Shown: positions 43,487-53,194, counted from the first letter of the stretch. The stretch: DNA of 64,000 nucleotides from an uncultured Christensenellaceae bacterium (GCA_944381315.1 CALWKR010000042.1:2021-66020); one strand, 5' to 3'. Notes: generated by a model not told the origin, from the letters alone. Numbers and translations: made by a program.

Positions 43487-45091
43487 TCAATTTTGGTCGA
43501 ACTCGACATTCATATCCTTGCCGTACCATGCCTTTACGGTGCGCGCTCTCTTGAACGGATTCTTGGGTGCGCGGTAGATCTCTTTGCGCGCGTATCCTAC
43601 GCCGAGCAAGTCGAGCAGGGGCAGATAGTTTTCCACTCTCGCCTCAAACTCTTTGTAGTCCCTCTTGTCCGTCTTGGTCCACGCGACTTCGGCGAGCGCG
43701 GCGAGACGCGGATTCATCTGGAACTCCAGCTTTGCCGGGCTGTCTATCCACTCCGACCACAGCTCGCCCTCGACGCCGAGCACTCCGCCGACGTTGTTCT
43801 TGTTTATGCCGCCGAAGAACGGAGTGAACTTGTAGGTGTTTTTGAGCGGATATTGGGCATACGGCATGTCAAAATAAAAGTGCTTGTGCTTGCTGATGAT
43901 GACCTTGCCGCCGTTGTTGAGGTGCTTGGCGACGCGGGGATCGGGCTGCGGCGTCCAATATTGGACGAGCACGTCGTTGTCGAGATTGCCGCCGTGCAAG
44001 ATCTCGTTCCAGCCGATGAGCTTGCGGCCTTTGCTCGCGACATACTTGCCGACTTCGTTGATGAAATGCGTGTGCAGCTGCTTGTAGTCGGTGAAGCCGT
44101 TGGCTTTCATCGCGGCATTGCACTTGGGACACTTCTTCCACTCGTCCATCGGGACTTCGTCTCCGCCGATGTGGAAGTAGCCGAACGGGAACATCTCGAC
44201 GATCTCGTCGATGACGTCGCGGATGAATTGCATAGTGCGCGGATCGCCGACGCAGGCGCTGCGATTCCAGTCTTTGACGCCCATCGAGAGGGGGATGGAA
44301 CTGCCGAAATACCACGCGACGGGCCTGTCGAGCTCGCGGCAGCCGAGCCACGGATAAGCCGCCATTGCGGCGGCGAGGTGCGCCGGCATATCGATCTCGG
44401 GCACGATGTCGATGCCTCTTTGCGCCGCATACGCGACGATCTCGGCGATGTCCTCTTGGGTGTACCAGCCGACGACGGGGACGTCGTTGACCTGCGTATT
44501 CTGCCAGCCGTTGATCTGCGACTTGTCGCGCTTGCCGCCGATCTCGGTGAGGCGCGGATACTTCTTTATCTCCACTCTCCAGCCTTGGTCGTCGGACAAG
44601 TGCCAATGCAAGATGTTGAGCTTGTGCAAACACATAAAGTCGAGCACCTTCTTGATTTCGTCCTTGCCGAAGAAGTGGCGCGCGTCGTCGATGTTGATCC
44701 CTCTCCACGCAAAGCGCGGCGAGTCCTCGATCTCGACGCAGTCGAGCAGCGCTCCTGTGCCCTTTTTGAGATCTACGAGCGCCGCCATGCGCAGCGTCTG
44801 CACCGCATAGATCGCGCCTCTCTGATCAGACGCCTCGATCTCTATGCCGTCTGTCTTGACTTCCAGCTCATAGCCTTCTTTGGGGACGTCGTCGTCATAT
44901 TTTATCTCGATCGCGACTTTGCCGTCTTTGGCAAGCTCTCTGCCAAGGTCTTTTTGCAACAGCTCGCGGATGTAGTCCGCAGCAGTGCCGAACGCGGCGT
45001 CGACGCGCAATGCCGTCACCGTGGAAAAGTCGAGTTGTCCCTGCTTGCGTTCGCACTTTTGCGGACGGGGGAAGATGTCTTCAAATCTCAT
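43487..45091 (-). CDS. beta-N-acetylhexosaminidase, GH20 (copy 2)
   Basis: IEDSPRFAWRGINIDDARHF, LNILHWHLSDDQGWR and FHIGGDE. No signal peptide. GAGGTGA SD. Confidence 0.9.
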   Translation of the reverse strand: MRFEDIFPRPQKCERKQGQLDFSTVTALRVDAAFGTAADYIRELLQKDLGRELAKDGKVAIEIKYDDDVPKEGYELEVKTDGIEIEASDQRGAIYAVQTLRMAALVDLKKGTGALLDCVEIEDSPRFAWRGINIDDARHFFGKDEIKKVLDFMCLHKLNILHWHLSDDQGWRVEIKKYPRLTEIGGKRDKSQINGWQNTQVNDVPVVGWYTQEDIAEIVAYAAQRGIDIVPEIDMPAHLAAAMAAYPWLGCRELDRPVAWYFGSSIPLSMGVKDWNRSACVGDPRTMQFIRDVIDEIVEMFPFGYFHIGGDEVPMDEWKKCPKCNAAMKANGFTDYKQLHTHFINEVGKYVASKGRKLIGWNEILHGGNLDNDVLVQYWTPQPDPRVAKHLNNGGKVIISKHKHFYFDMPYAQYPLKNTYKFTPFFGGINKNNVGGVLGVEGELWSEWIDSPAKLEFQMNPRLAALAEVAWTKTDKRDYKEFEARVENYLPLLDLLGVGYARKEIYRAPKNPFKRARTVKAWYGKDMNVEFDQN

Positions 45092-45099
45092 TGTTCACC

Positions 45100-45798
45100 T
45101 CATTTCCATTGCGGCAAGTCGAGCACTCTGCCCTCTCCGTACACTATGTTGACTTGTACGCTCTTGCCTTCGGTGTTGGTGTAATATATGTTGCTGAGTC
45201 TTTCTCTCGTGATCCTGATCTCTATATCCTTGCATCCATAGAGAGGCGAGCTCTCGGCAGTCACGCTTTCGACATAGATGTAGTCGACTACGCCTATCGT
45301 CTTTGCGGTCGTGATCTTGAGCTGCTCTGCCGTCAAGCCCTCGACATAGGCGCATATGCTCTCGATCGTATAGGGCGCGACGCGCTCGTCCGCAAGGAAA
45401 TCTTGCAGCGACACGGCGTCGTCGATGATCCAGTCCTCGCCGTCTGCGGTCAGCAGTCCCGTCTTGACGGTGTCCTCATCTCCTTTTTTGGAGGCAGTGC
45501 CCCAATAGAGATAGTCCGTCTCGGTAGAGACGATCTTGTCGATGGTGTGATCCCATACGGCAGAGACGTCGCCGTCCTCCAAGCCCTTTACATAGAGGCG
45601 GAACTCCTCCGTGTTGTCTCCTGCATAGACAGTCTTGACCTTGACGAAGTAACCGGATTGCTGTTTTGCACTCTCAATGGAGGCGGATAGTTTCTCTCTT
45701 GCCTCGTCGGCAGAAAGCTCTTGCTGGCAGCCGACAAAACACATTGCGGCGATCAATGCGACGAGCATCGCCGCGATGAAGATCATTCTCTTTTTCAT
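45100..45798 (-). CDS. hypothetical lipoprotein (232 aa)
   Basis: MKKRMIFIAAMLVALIAAMCFVGCQQ (lipobox). GGGAGGTGA SD inside the end of the transporter gene. ATG overlaps the transporter stop as ATGA. Confidence 0.75.
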   Translation of the reverse strand: MKKRMIFIAAMLVALIAAMCFVGCQQELSADEAREKLSASIESAKQQSGYFVKVKTVYAGDNTEEFRLYVKGLEDGDVSAVWDHTIDKIVSTETDYLYWGTASKKGDEDTVKTGLLTADGEDWIIDDAVSLQDFLADERVAPYTIESICAYVEGLTAEQLKITTAKTIGVVDYIYVESVTAESSPLYGCKDIEIRITRERLSNIYYTNTEGKSVQVNIVYGEGRVLDLPQWK

Positions 45799-47420
45799 GC
45801 GTCCTCACCTCCCTGTCCGTCCTCGCCGAGAGTCGGCGGAACGTCTTGTATCGGCAGCTCGTCGGCGGCTCCGGCGGTGGTCGCCGCGTCGCCGAACAGC
45901 GCTTTTTCAAAATTTTGAGCCTCTTCGCTCTCCTCTCCTATCATCTCGCCGCTGGACAAGATGCTCGCGTCATGGTATCCCTCTTCCTCGTTTTGGCGTC
46001 TCGCCCTCTCCTTGAGGTCCTCGATCATGTTTGCCTGATCTTTTTCGCTCATGTTCCAGAACATCGCGGGCACCGCGTGCAAGAACGCGCCGACGACGGA
46101 AACTATCGCGAGCGCCGTGAACATCGGCGAATAGACCGTCGCGTCATAGAGCACGTCGTAGTCGTTGAGCAAGCCGAAATACTCGTTTATGTAGGGGATG
46201 ACATAGTTGAGCCCGAGCATCGCGAGACTGTTGATGATCGCGAAGTTGCCCGAGAAGCCTTCCATGCGGTCGCCCGTCTTCCACTGCTGATAGTCGAGCG
46301 CGTCGCCGTTCATCGCAGGAGTGGTGATGATCTGCACCGCCGCGCCCCAATAGATCAGATAGCACGCCGCAGTGAAGACATAGAAGTTGGTATTGTAGAA
46401 TATCAAGATCGTCGCGCCGATGATCCTAACCGCGTCCGAGATCAGCACGGTGTTGCGCTTGCCGACTTTTTTGATCATGATCGGCGCGAGCGCCATGCCT
46501 ATGAACGACGCCGTGCCGACGACGAGCGTCATCACAGACTGGATCGCGGTGTTTTGCAACATATATATGTACGCCCACTGCATAAAGGTCGTGATGCCTG
46601 CGGCGAGCGTCGTGAACCACGTCGATATGTTGCAGATCCAGAAATAGCGGTTGCGGACGATCTTCTTCATTCCGTCGACGAACTTGATCTTGGTCTGATA
46701 GTTGCGCGGAACGACGACTCTCTCCTTGGTGCAGAAGTAGACCAAGAACGCGAGGAAACAGCCGAGGAACGAGAACAGCGGCATCGTGACGCGATAGAAG
46801 TTGACGTCGAGCTGTCCTCTCTCGAAGGCATTGGAGATCAGCGGCAGAAGGAAACCTGTGATCGTAGGAGCCATAGAATAGACGATCGACGACAGCGAGA
46901 TGATCTTCGCCCTCTCGCCCGAGCTCGGAGTGATCAGCTGAGCAAGCTGGTTGTACATCCCCAAGTAGAATTGGAAGATGAAGTTCATCACGATGAACAG
47001 CACGCCGACGACGGCGACTTTGACCGCATACGACCACCCCATCGGGATGAACGCGAACAGCGAGATCAGGATCGCGCACGGCGGCCCCAGCCACAGCAGA
47101 TAGGGCCGAGCCTTGCCTTTGCCGCCGGGAGTGTTGTCTATCCAATAGCTCTTGAGCGGCTGCATCACGATCGTGACGATGGTGTTGATCGTAGAAATGA
47201 TGAACAAGTCGCCGGGCGTGATCTGATAGATGGACCCGACGAGGATGCAGTTGGCGGACATCGCGACGGTGTACGCCATGGCGGCGACGAATTGGACGCC
47301 GATGCCGCCGACGGAATACGCGACGACTTCTTTGCTGCTGACATAATCGCCTTCGGCAGGCGAGTTCCAGTGAGTAAAGAAGCTCTTGACCGCACTCGCG
47401 GCTTTGCCGAAAATACCCAT
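45795..47420 (-). CDS. MFS transporter, glycoside-pentoside-hexuronide (GPH):cation symporter family, with acidic C-terminal tail
   Basis: 12-TM pattern. IDNTPGGKGKARPYLLW matches the GPH loop motif (D..T..GK.RP). GAGGGAG SD. Confidence 0.85.
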   Translation of the reverse strand: MGIFGKAASAVKSFFTHWNSPAEGDYVSSKEVVAYSVGGIGVQFVAAMAYTVAMSANCILVGSIYQITPGDLFIISTINTIVTIVMQPLKSYWIDNTPGGKGKARPYLLWLGPPCAILISLFAFIPMGWSYAVKVAVVGVLFIVMNFIFQFYLGMYNQLAQLITPSSGERAKIISLSSIVYSMAPTITGFLLPLISNAFERGQLDVNFYRVTMPLFSFLGCFLAFLVYFCTKERVVVPRNYQTKIKFVDGMKKIVRNRYFWICNISTWFTTLAAGITTFMQWAYIYMLQNTAIQSVMTLVVGTASFIGMALAPIMIKKVGKRNTVLISDAVRIIGATILIFYNTNFYVFTAACYLIYWGAAVQIITTPAMNGDALDYQQWKTGDRMEGFSGNFAIINSLAMLGLNYVIPYINEYFGLLNDYDVLYDATVYSPMFTALAIVSVVGAFLHAVPAMFWNMSEKDQANMIEDLKERARRQNEEEGYHDASILSSGEMIGEESEEAQNFEKALFGDAATTAGAADELPIQDVPPTLGEDGQGGEDA

Positions 47421-47487
47421 AATTCTCCCTCGATTATATTTTCCGCTCCGACATTGCGTCGGCTACTTCCCTGTCCTTTCCTATCTC

Positions 47488-47516
47488 ATTATAACGACGC
47501 TATCGCCGTTTGTAAA
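47488..47516 (-). promoter_or_regulatory. promoter of the GPH-lipoprotein-GH20 operon
   Basis: Minus strand TTTACA-17 nt-TATAAT. About 65-nt leader containing a CCGACGCAATGTCGG hairpin. Confidence 0.75.
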
Positions 47517-47574
47517 CCCTGTTTTGAGTTTTTGTCGAATTTGCGTAAAATTTTTGCGCGATCGTATGCTGCGC

Positions 47575-48444
47575 CTAATCGACGGCTCCGTCTTCGCCCT
47601 CTTTCCCGTCCGAATGAGCGCCGTCGCCCTCGGGATTTGCTCCGTCGGAGGCAAGATTATTGTCCTCGCTCTTCGTATCTTGCTTCGCGTCGTCTGCATT
47701 TTCCGGATCTTGCTTCGCGGCGGCGCGAGCGTCATTCTCGTCCTGCGCGGCCTGTGAAGTCTGCTCTTGCATCGGCGCGGCTTCGCCCGATACGAGCGCG
47801 AACAGCCCTTCGCTGTCCAACACCGCCAAATGTCCGCGATCGGCATTGCAGACGATGACTTGTCTGCCCTCGAAGTCCTCGATGTGTCTGTCCGCTCCGC
47901 AAACGGGACACTTGCGCGTGACGTCAAGCCGATAGACGGCTCCGTCGCAGATCATCACGGGCGCGTGCGCATATCTGATCTTTTTTATCCCTCTGCCGCT
48001 CTTGCGCATCGCCGTCAGCGCTCTCGCCGCGTACAGCCTCTCGGCAAAGCTCGCGGCGCCGTATGCCGCGACGACGAGCAGCACGAATGCTATGACGACG
48101 GTCAGCGTGTCGTCCATCTCCGCATAGCGTATCAGCACGATCGCCGCAAGCGCCGCGACCGCAAGCGCGGCAAAGACGGCGGTCAGCGCAATGGTCTTGC
48201 GGCAATAACCGTCGACGCTGTCTATCCTCGTCGCCGTGACGGCTGTCGCCGACTCGCACTGCGCCTCGTCGACTTCGTCCTTTTGCAACGACGCCTTGGC
48301 GATGTACTCCTTGGTCTCGATCTCGTTTTTGCGACGACGCTCCGCCCACGTCAAGCGCTTGCGCTTGCGCTTTTGCTCCGCTCCGCAATATTTGCAGAAC
48401 TGCTCTTCATCGCCTATCTCTCTGCCGCAAACTCTGCACTTCAT
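47575..48444 (-). CDS. zinc-ribbon membrane protein (hypothetical)
   Basis: Track ORF trimmed to ATG 48444 (MKCRVCGREIGDEEQFCKYCGAEQ), overlapping the upstream stop as ATGA. Two TM helices, a second CPVCG...VCNADRGH motif and an acidic low-complexity tail. Confidence 0.7.
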   Translation of the reverse strand: MKCRVCGREIGDEEQFCKYCGAEQKRKRKRLTWAERRRKNEIETKEYIAKASLQKDEVDEAQCESATAVTATRIDSVDGYCRKTIALTAVFAALAVAALAAIVLIRYAEMDDTLTVVIAFVLLVVAAYGAASFAERLYAARALTAMRKSGRGIKKIRYAHAPVMICDGAVYRLDVTRKCPVCGADRHIEDFEGRQVIVCNADRGHLAVLDSEGLFALVSGEAAPMQEQTSQAAQDENDARAAAKQDPENADDAKQDTKSEDNNLASDGANPEGDGAHSDGKEGEDGAVD

Positions 48445-49160
48445 CTCGACGCCTTCTCCTTGGTCCTCTTGGAAATATAGGTCGCGACGAGCACCGCGAG
48501 CGCGGCGGCAAAAGCCACGAAAGTGAGCCACGATCCGCCGCCTGCATTGAGGACGAACTCGGCTGTGCTCTGCGAATAGACGGTGATCGCGAAGATCATC
48601 CTGACCAGCGAAACGAGCGTCGCGACGGCTGTCAGCACGATCGCCGCGAGGTGTTTGAAAGTACACTTGGTCGACACCAGCACCAAAAATCCCACAATGT
48701 AAAGCACGGTGACGACGACGATCGCGACCTCTATCGCGAAGATCGCGACGAACGCGCTGTCAAGCTGTGCGAGCAGCTGCGGCGGATAGCTCTCCATATA
48801 CGAAGAAGCGATGGACTGCATAGTCTCGTTGTCCTCCGTCGCGGGGAAGTTGCGCACCAGCCAATCTGCCGCGCCGTCATAGCCGCCGACGGGCGCGAAC
48901 AGTATGTCGAGCACGGCTGCGCCGATATGGAAGTCGTCGTCCTCGAACAGCTGTGTGTCCGAGTCGCCGAGATCGAGATCCACGGTCGCCTGCACGTCGT
49001 ACGACGGCACGAACGAGAACGCTATCGCGGCTATGATCGCCGCGAGCATTATCCACACCCAAACTTGCGGTTTGGAGCTCTTGTTTTCGACGACGACGGG
49101 AGAAGGCTTGCGCTCCTCGATCGGTCTTTCGGCTTGTTTTTTCTTTGCTCTCGATGCCAT
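48441..49160 (-). CDS. hypothetical membrane protein (239 aa)
   Basis: Track ORF trimmed to ATG 49160 (MASRAKKKQAERPIEE...). Several hydrophobic helices (WVWIMLAAIIAAIAF, AFVAIFAIEVAIVVVTVLYIVGFLVLV, AAIVLTAVATLVSLV, WLTFVAFAAALAVLVA). Confidence 0.65.
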   Translation of the reverse strand: MASRAKKKQAERPIEERKPSPVVVENKSSKPQVWVWIMLAAIIAAIAFSFVPSYDVQATVDLDLGDSDTQLFEDDDFHIGAAVLDILFAPVGGYDGAADWLVRNFPATEDNETMQSIASSYMESYPPQLLAQLDSAFVAIFAIEVAIVVVTVLYIVGFLVLVSTKCTFKHLAAIVLTAVATLVSLVRMIFAITVYSQSTAEFVLNAGGGSWLTFVAFAAALAVLVATYISKRTKEKASR

Positions 49161-49171
49161 ATTGTCCTCTT

Positions 49172-49867
49172 CTATTTGCAGTATGATATAAATCTTTTTC
49201 TCCACTCTCTGTGGTCGGGCATATATTTCGCAAACGTATTGTAAAAAGCTGCGCTGTGGTTGAAATGAAAGTAGTGGCACAGCTCGTGCAATACGAAAAA
49301 TTCGATCATATCCCTGTCCATACGCGTCAAGATCGTCGAGAATTTGACGACGTGGTCGCGCCTGTTGTATTGCGCGACCGCTCTGAACGAGCCCTGCGTC
49401 TTGATCGACGGCACGCGCATGCCCATGATGTTCGCCCACTTTTCAACTAGCGGAGCGGCGGCGGCGACTACCTCTTTGCGGCGCACTTCGTCTATCATCT
49501 TTTCTGCGTCTCCGCTCGGCCCTGAGATCACGAGCACGCCGTCGACGAAAGAATAGCTCTTGCGCGGCGCGGCGACGATGCGGTACGGCACGAGATTGCC
49601 CCACAGACAGATAGCGTCGTCGCGGTCGATATACTCCCTCTGCCGCTCGAGGGCCTTGACGACCTCTGCCCTAAACTCGCCGACAAGACCGGCATATCCC
49701 TTGCTCTCGCTCCACTTCGACGGGATGGAGAGCCAGACTTCGCCGCAGATGATCGTGGCGAGGACCCTCTTGGCTCCGGACGACTTGCGGAAGTGCAGGC
49801 GCGCGTTTATGTCTCCCTCACGCAGCCAATATTCTCGGCGGCGGCTCGAACGCGTCTGCGGGCTCAT
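49172..49867 (-). CDS. YgjP-like metallopeptidase (DUF45 / M48-related, HExxH)
   Basis: Track ORF trimmed to ATG 49867 (overlaps the radC stop as ATGA). The C-terminal region DMIEFFVLHELCHYFHFNHSAAFYNTFAKYMPDHREWRK is the DUF45 signature. Confidence 0.8.
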   Translation of the reverse strand: MSPQTRSSRRREYWLREGDINARLHFRKSSGAKRVLATIICGEVWLSIPSKWSESKGYAGLVGEFRAEVVKALERQREYIDRDDAICLWGNLVPYRIVAAPRKSYSFVDGVLVISGPSGDAEKMIDEVRRKEVVAAAAPLVEKWANIMGMRVPSIKTQGSFRAVAQYNRRDHVVKFSTILTRMDRDMIEFFVLHELCHYFHFNHSAAFYNTFAKYMPDHREWRKRFISYCK

Positions 49868-50616
49868 TTCTCTTCGCTCCCGGGCGGAGTCATCATGCTC
49901 CCGTTGTTGAGATAGTCGATGTAGCCGCTCTTGAATCTGTCCATGTTGCCCTCTTTGCGGAAACTGAACAGCTCCTTGCCTGCAACGATGATGTGGTCGA
50001 CGAGCCTGACGCCGAGCACTTCGAGAGCGGCGACCGCCCACTTGGTGAATTCCACATCGCTGAACGACGGCTTTGCGCCGCCCTCGGGGTGGTTGTGCGC
50101 GAGATAGACGAATCTCGCCTTGAAGTTGAGCGTGAGCATGACGAGCTCGCTGACGCGGATATGGCAGTCGGCGTTGTTGCCCTCGCCGAGCTCGCACTTT
50201 TGGATGAGCTTGCCCGACGCGTCGACGAACAGCGCGACGATGTGCTCCTCCTTTGCCGAACCGAGCAGATCGCCGAGATATTCGGCGGCGTGCTCATAGG
50301 TATCCACCATCGGGCGGAATGCGTTCTCTTCGTTGCAGAACTTGCGCGCCACGTCGGACAGCGACGTCAAAAACAGCGCGGCGGCATGAGTGACGTTGTC
50401 CACGCTTTCAAGCGCCGAGATGTCGGCTTTGAGCACCGCGTTGAAGGAGCCGAACCTGTCTATCAGCGCGTGCGCTACCGGGTTGGTGTCCTTGCGCGGC
50501 ACGAACGGATACAGCAAATATTCGATGATCTCGTGATCGGCGAGCGACAAAATGCCGTTCGCCTCAACGCGAGCTCTCATCCTCTGTCTGTGATTTGCGT
50601 GTATCGATTCACTCAT
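49864..50616 (-). CDS. radC: RadC-family JAB-domain protein
   Basis: N-terminal HhH-like region (EIIEYLLYPFVPRKDTNPVAHALIDRFGSFNAVL) and the JAMM motif region FVYLAHNHPEGGAKPSFSD. Confidence 0.85.
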   Translation of the reverse strand: MSESIHANHRQRMRARVEANGILSLADHEIIEYLLYPFVPRKDTNPVAHALIDRFGSFNAVLKADISALESVDNVTHAAALFLTSLSDVARKFCNEENAFRPMVDTYEHAAEYLGDLLGSAKEEHIVALFVDASGKLIQKCELGEGNNADCHIRVSELVMLTLNFKARFVYLAHNHPEGGAKPSFSDVEFTKWAVAALEVLGVRLVDHIIVAGKELFSFRKEGNMDRFKSGYIDYLNNGSMMTPPGSEEK

Positions 50617-53176
50617 TTTTGCGCATATCCTCCGCGTCGGCGGGCGCCGACTCTTTCTTTTTCTTGCGCGTGAACAGTTCCGACGTCATGCGTCCCCACT
50701 TGTCGCACGCCTTTTGGATCGCGTCGCCGTACTTGTCGTCGACGGTCTTGGCGATCTTGCGCGAGATCAACAGCGCGATCAGTCCTATCGCCATTGACGC
50801 GGCGATGTAGCCTATATATTCCGCAGGCAGCGTCTCCATTGCGAGGAAGGTGCCGTCCAAGAAATTTTTGTCTATGTATGCCGCGAGCAGCGACACGCAG
50901 AACATCACCGCCGCGACGGACAGCCTGAACTTGTCCGGCGGCATGCTTATTACGACGAGGGCGACAAAGCCCGACATCGTCAGCGCATACGTCGCCGCGG
51001 TCGCCTTGATCGCGAACACTTCGTCCGCGCTGCCCGGGATGTCGAGGAACGCCGTCAAGATCAGCATAAAGCCCGTCGCGCAGATCAGCGACGCCGCCGC
51101 CGGCAGCGACGACTTGAGGATGTTGCGCAAGAAGTCGCCCTTGGGACGGGCCTTGGTCGGTTGCAGAGCGAACAGGAACGTCGGCACGCCGATGACGAAG
51201 AACTCGATCATCAGCATCTTCTTGGTGTCGAACGGGTAACTGCTCTTGCCCGTCGCCATCGTCACGATCGAGAACAGCAGCGTCATAAACATGACGAAGA
51301 TGTTCTTCATCACATAGAGAGCGGAGACCTTCTCGACATTGCCGATGACCTGTCTGCCCTCTTGGACTATGCTCGGCAGCGTAAGGAAGTTGTTGTCCAT
51401 CAGCACTATGCGCGAGATGTTGCGCGCGACCTCGTTGGCTCCCGCAAACGAGATCGAGCAGTCCGCCTGTTTGAGCGCCTGCACGTCGTTGACGCCGTCG
51501 CCGATCATCGCGACGGTATGCCCCTTGGCTTGGAGCGCCTTGACTACCGCGCACTTTTGCTCGGGCGATATGCGCCCGAACACGGCCGTATCCTCGGCGG
51601 CGGAGGCGATCTCTTGATCGCTCGCGCCGTTGCAGTTGAAGGTGCTGCCGGCGTTGCGAATGCCTGCCTTGGCGGCGATGTTGCCGACGGTGACGGGATC
51701 GTCGCCCGAGATTATCTTGATGTCCACCTCGCTGTCGTAGAACCAGTCGAGGGTGCTCTTGACGTTGTCGCGCAGCGTGTCTTCGAGCGCAAAGACGAAC
51801 AGCGGCCGCGTCGCCTGTCTGTCCACGGCGTCGAGCGCGCCGTCGAACTCTGACAGCATGATCGTCCTGCGCCCCTTGGCGGAGCTTGCGGCGATGAACT
51901 CGGTGACTTCGCCCTGCGGATCTCCGACAAAGTCGGGCGCGCCGAGGATATATGTCTTGCCGTCTTGCAGAGTCACTCCGCTGTACTTGCGCGCGCTGTT
52001 GAAACTGAGCACGTCGCTGACGGCGAGGCACTCCGCTTCGCCCGCTCCGCGCAGCAGCGCCATTGCGGTGGACTTGCTGTCGCGCGTCTCTTTCATTATC
52101 GTGTTGAGCAACACGGGCGCGGAAATTTTGTCATCCAGCGTCAGCGTGTCGACCAGCTCCAATTTGCCGTCCGTGATCGTGCCGGTCTTGTCCAAAAGCA
52201 GCGTATCGGCGCTCGCGAGCATCTCTATCCCATAGAGGTCCTGAGCCAGCGCGTGCTTGCGCGACAATTTGAGCACGGACACGGCGAGAGCGGTCGACGT
52301 GAGCAAAAACATGCCGATCGGGATCATCCCCAGCACGCTGCTCGACACAGAGATGATCGTGTCGCGCCACGGGCCGCCGACGGCGACTCTCTCGGCGATC
52401 AGCATGACCGCCGCCAGCACGACGAGCACGACCGAGATGCCCTTGATCAGCGAGTCGAGAACGGAGAAGATCTTGCTCTTGGGCTTGCCGATCTTCTTGG
52501 CGATGCGCGCCACTCCCTCGATGTATCTGTCCGCTCCGACGCGGTCGGCGATGCAGCATGCTTCGCCCGAATGTACGGAGCTGCCTGCGAGGATGCGATC
52601 TCCCGCGCCCTTGCGGACAGGACGAGATTCGCCCGTCAGGATAGATTCGTCGACCTCGATCTCTCCGTCCTTGATCGTGGAGTCGGCAGGCACCTGCGCG
52701 CCTGCGGCGACGAAGTAGACGTCCTCAAAGACGAGTTCCTGCGTGGGCAGCTGAGTGCGTTTGCCGTCGCGAACGACGTCGCATGTCGCCCTGCCTACGA
52801 GCGAGAGCTTGTCGACGGTGCGCTTGGCTTTGATCTCCTGATAGATGCCGATCGCGATGTTGATCAAGATGATGCAGGACGAGACGGCGTAGTCCCACGC
52901 CCCGATCGCGATCAGCAAGATCATCAAAGCGATCGTGACCGTGTTGCAGAAGTTGAACACGTTCTCTGCGATGATGCGCGGATAGGACTTGCTGGTCGTG
53001 TCCGTCCTGCGGTTGACGAGCCCCTCTTTTTGTCTCTCTTCGACCTGTCGGGCGCTCAGACCCGACTTGGTCGTCGGGTAAAATCTTTCCGCTCTTTTGA
53101 GCTTGAGCGAATCTCTCTTTTTTGCGCCTCTTTGGCGCGCTTTTTCCAATTTTTTTCTCTGTCTGTCTTCTCGCAT
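50609..53176 (-). CDS. P-type (HAD-IC) cation-transporting ATPase of uncertain specificity
   Basis: TGESRPV, DKTGTIT, MIGDGVNDVQALKQAD. Ten-TM layout. The M4 motif is IPIGM rather than PEGL or CPx. Overlaps the radC start by 8 nt. Confidence 0.9.
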   Translation of the reverse strand: MREDRQRKKLEKARQRGAKKRDSLKLKRAERFYPTTKSGLSARQVEERQKEGLVNRRTDTTSKSYPRIIAENVFNFCNTVTIALMILLIAIGAWDYAVSSCIILINIAIGIYQEIKAKRTVDKLSLVGRATCDVVRDGKRTQLPTQELVFEDVYFVAAGAQVPADSTIKDGEIEVDESILTGESRPVRKGAGDRILAGSSVHSGEACCIADRVGADRYIEGVARIAKKIGKPKSKIFSVLDSLIKGISVVLVVLAAVMLIAERVAVGGPWRDTIISVSSSVLGMIPIGMFLLTSTALAVSVLKLSRKHALAQDLYGIEMLASADTLLLDKTGTITDGKLELVDTLTLDDKISAPVLLNTIMKETRDSKSTAMALLRGAGEAECLAVSDVLSFNSARKYSGVTLQDGKTYILGAPDFVGDPQGEVTEFIAASSAKGRRTIMLSEFDGALDAVDRQATRPLFVFALEDTLRDNVKSTLDWFYDSEVDIKIISGDDPVTVGNIAAKAGIRNAGSTFNCNGASDQEIASAAEDTAVFGRISPEQKCAVVKALQAKGHTVAMIGDGVNDVQALKQADCSISFAGANEVARNISRIVLMDNNFLTLPSIVQEGRQVIGNVEKVSALYVMKNIFVMFMTLLFSIVTMATGKSSYPFDTKKMLMIEFFVIGVPTFLFALQPTKARPKGDFLRNILKSSLPAAASLICATGFMLILTAFLDIPGSADEVFAIKATAATYALTMSGFVALVVISMPPDKFRLSVAAVMFCVSLLAAYIDKNFLDGTFLAMETLPAEYIGYIAASMAIGLIALLISRKIAKTVDDKYGDAIQKACDKWGRMTSELFTRKKKKESAPADAEDMRKNE

Positions 53177-53194
53177 TTCCGAGTCCTCGATGCC

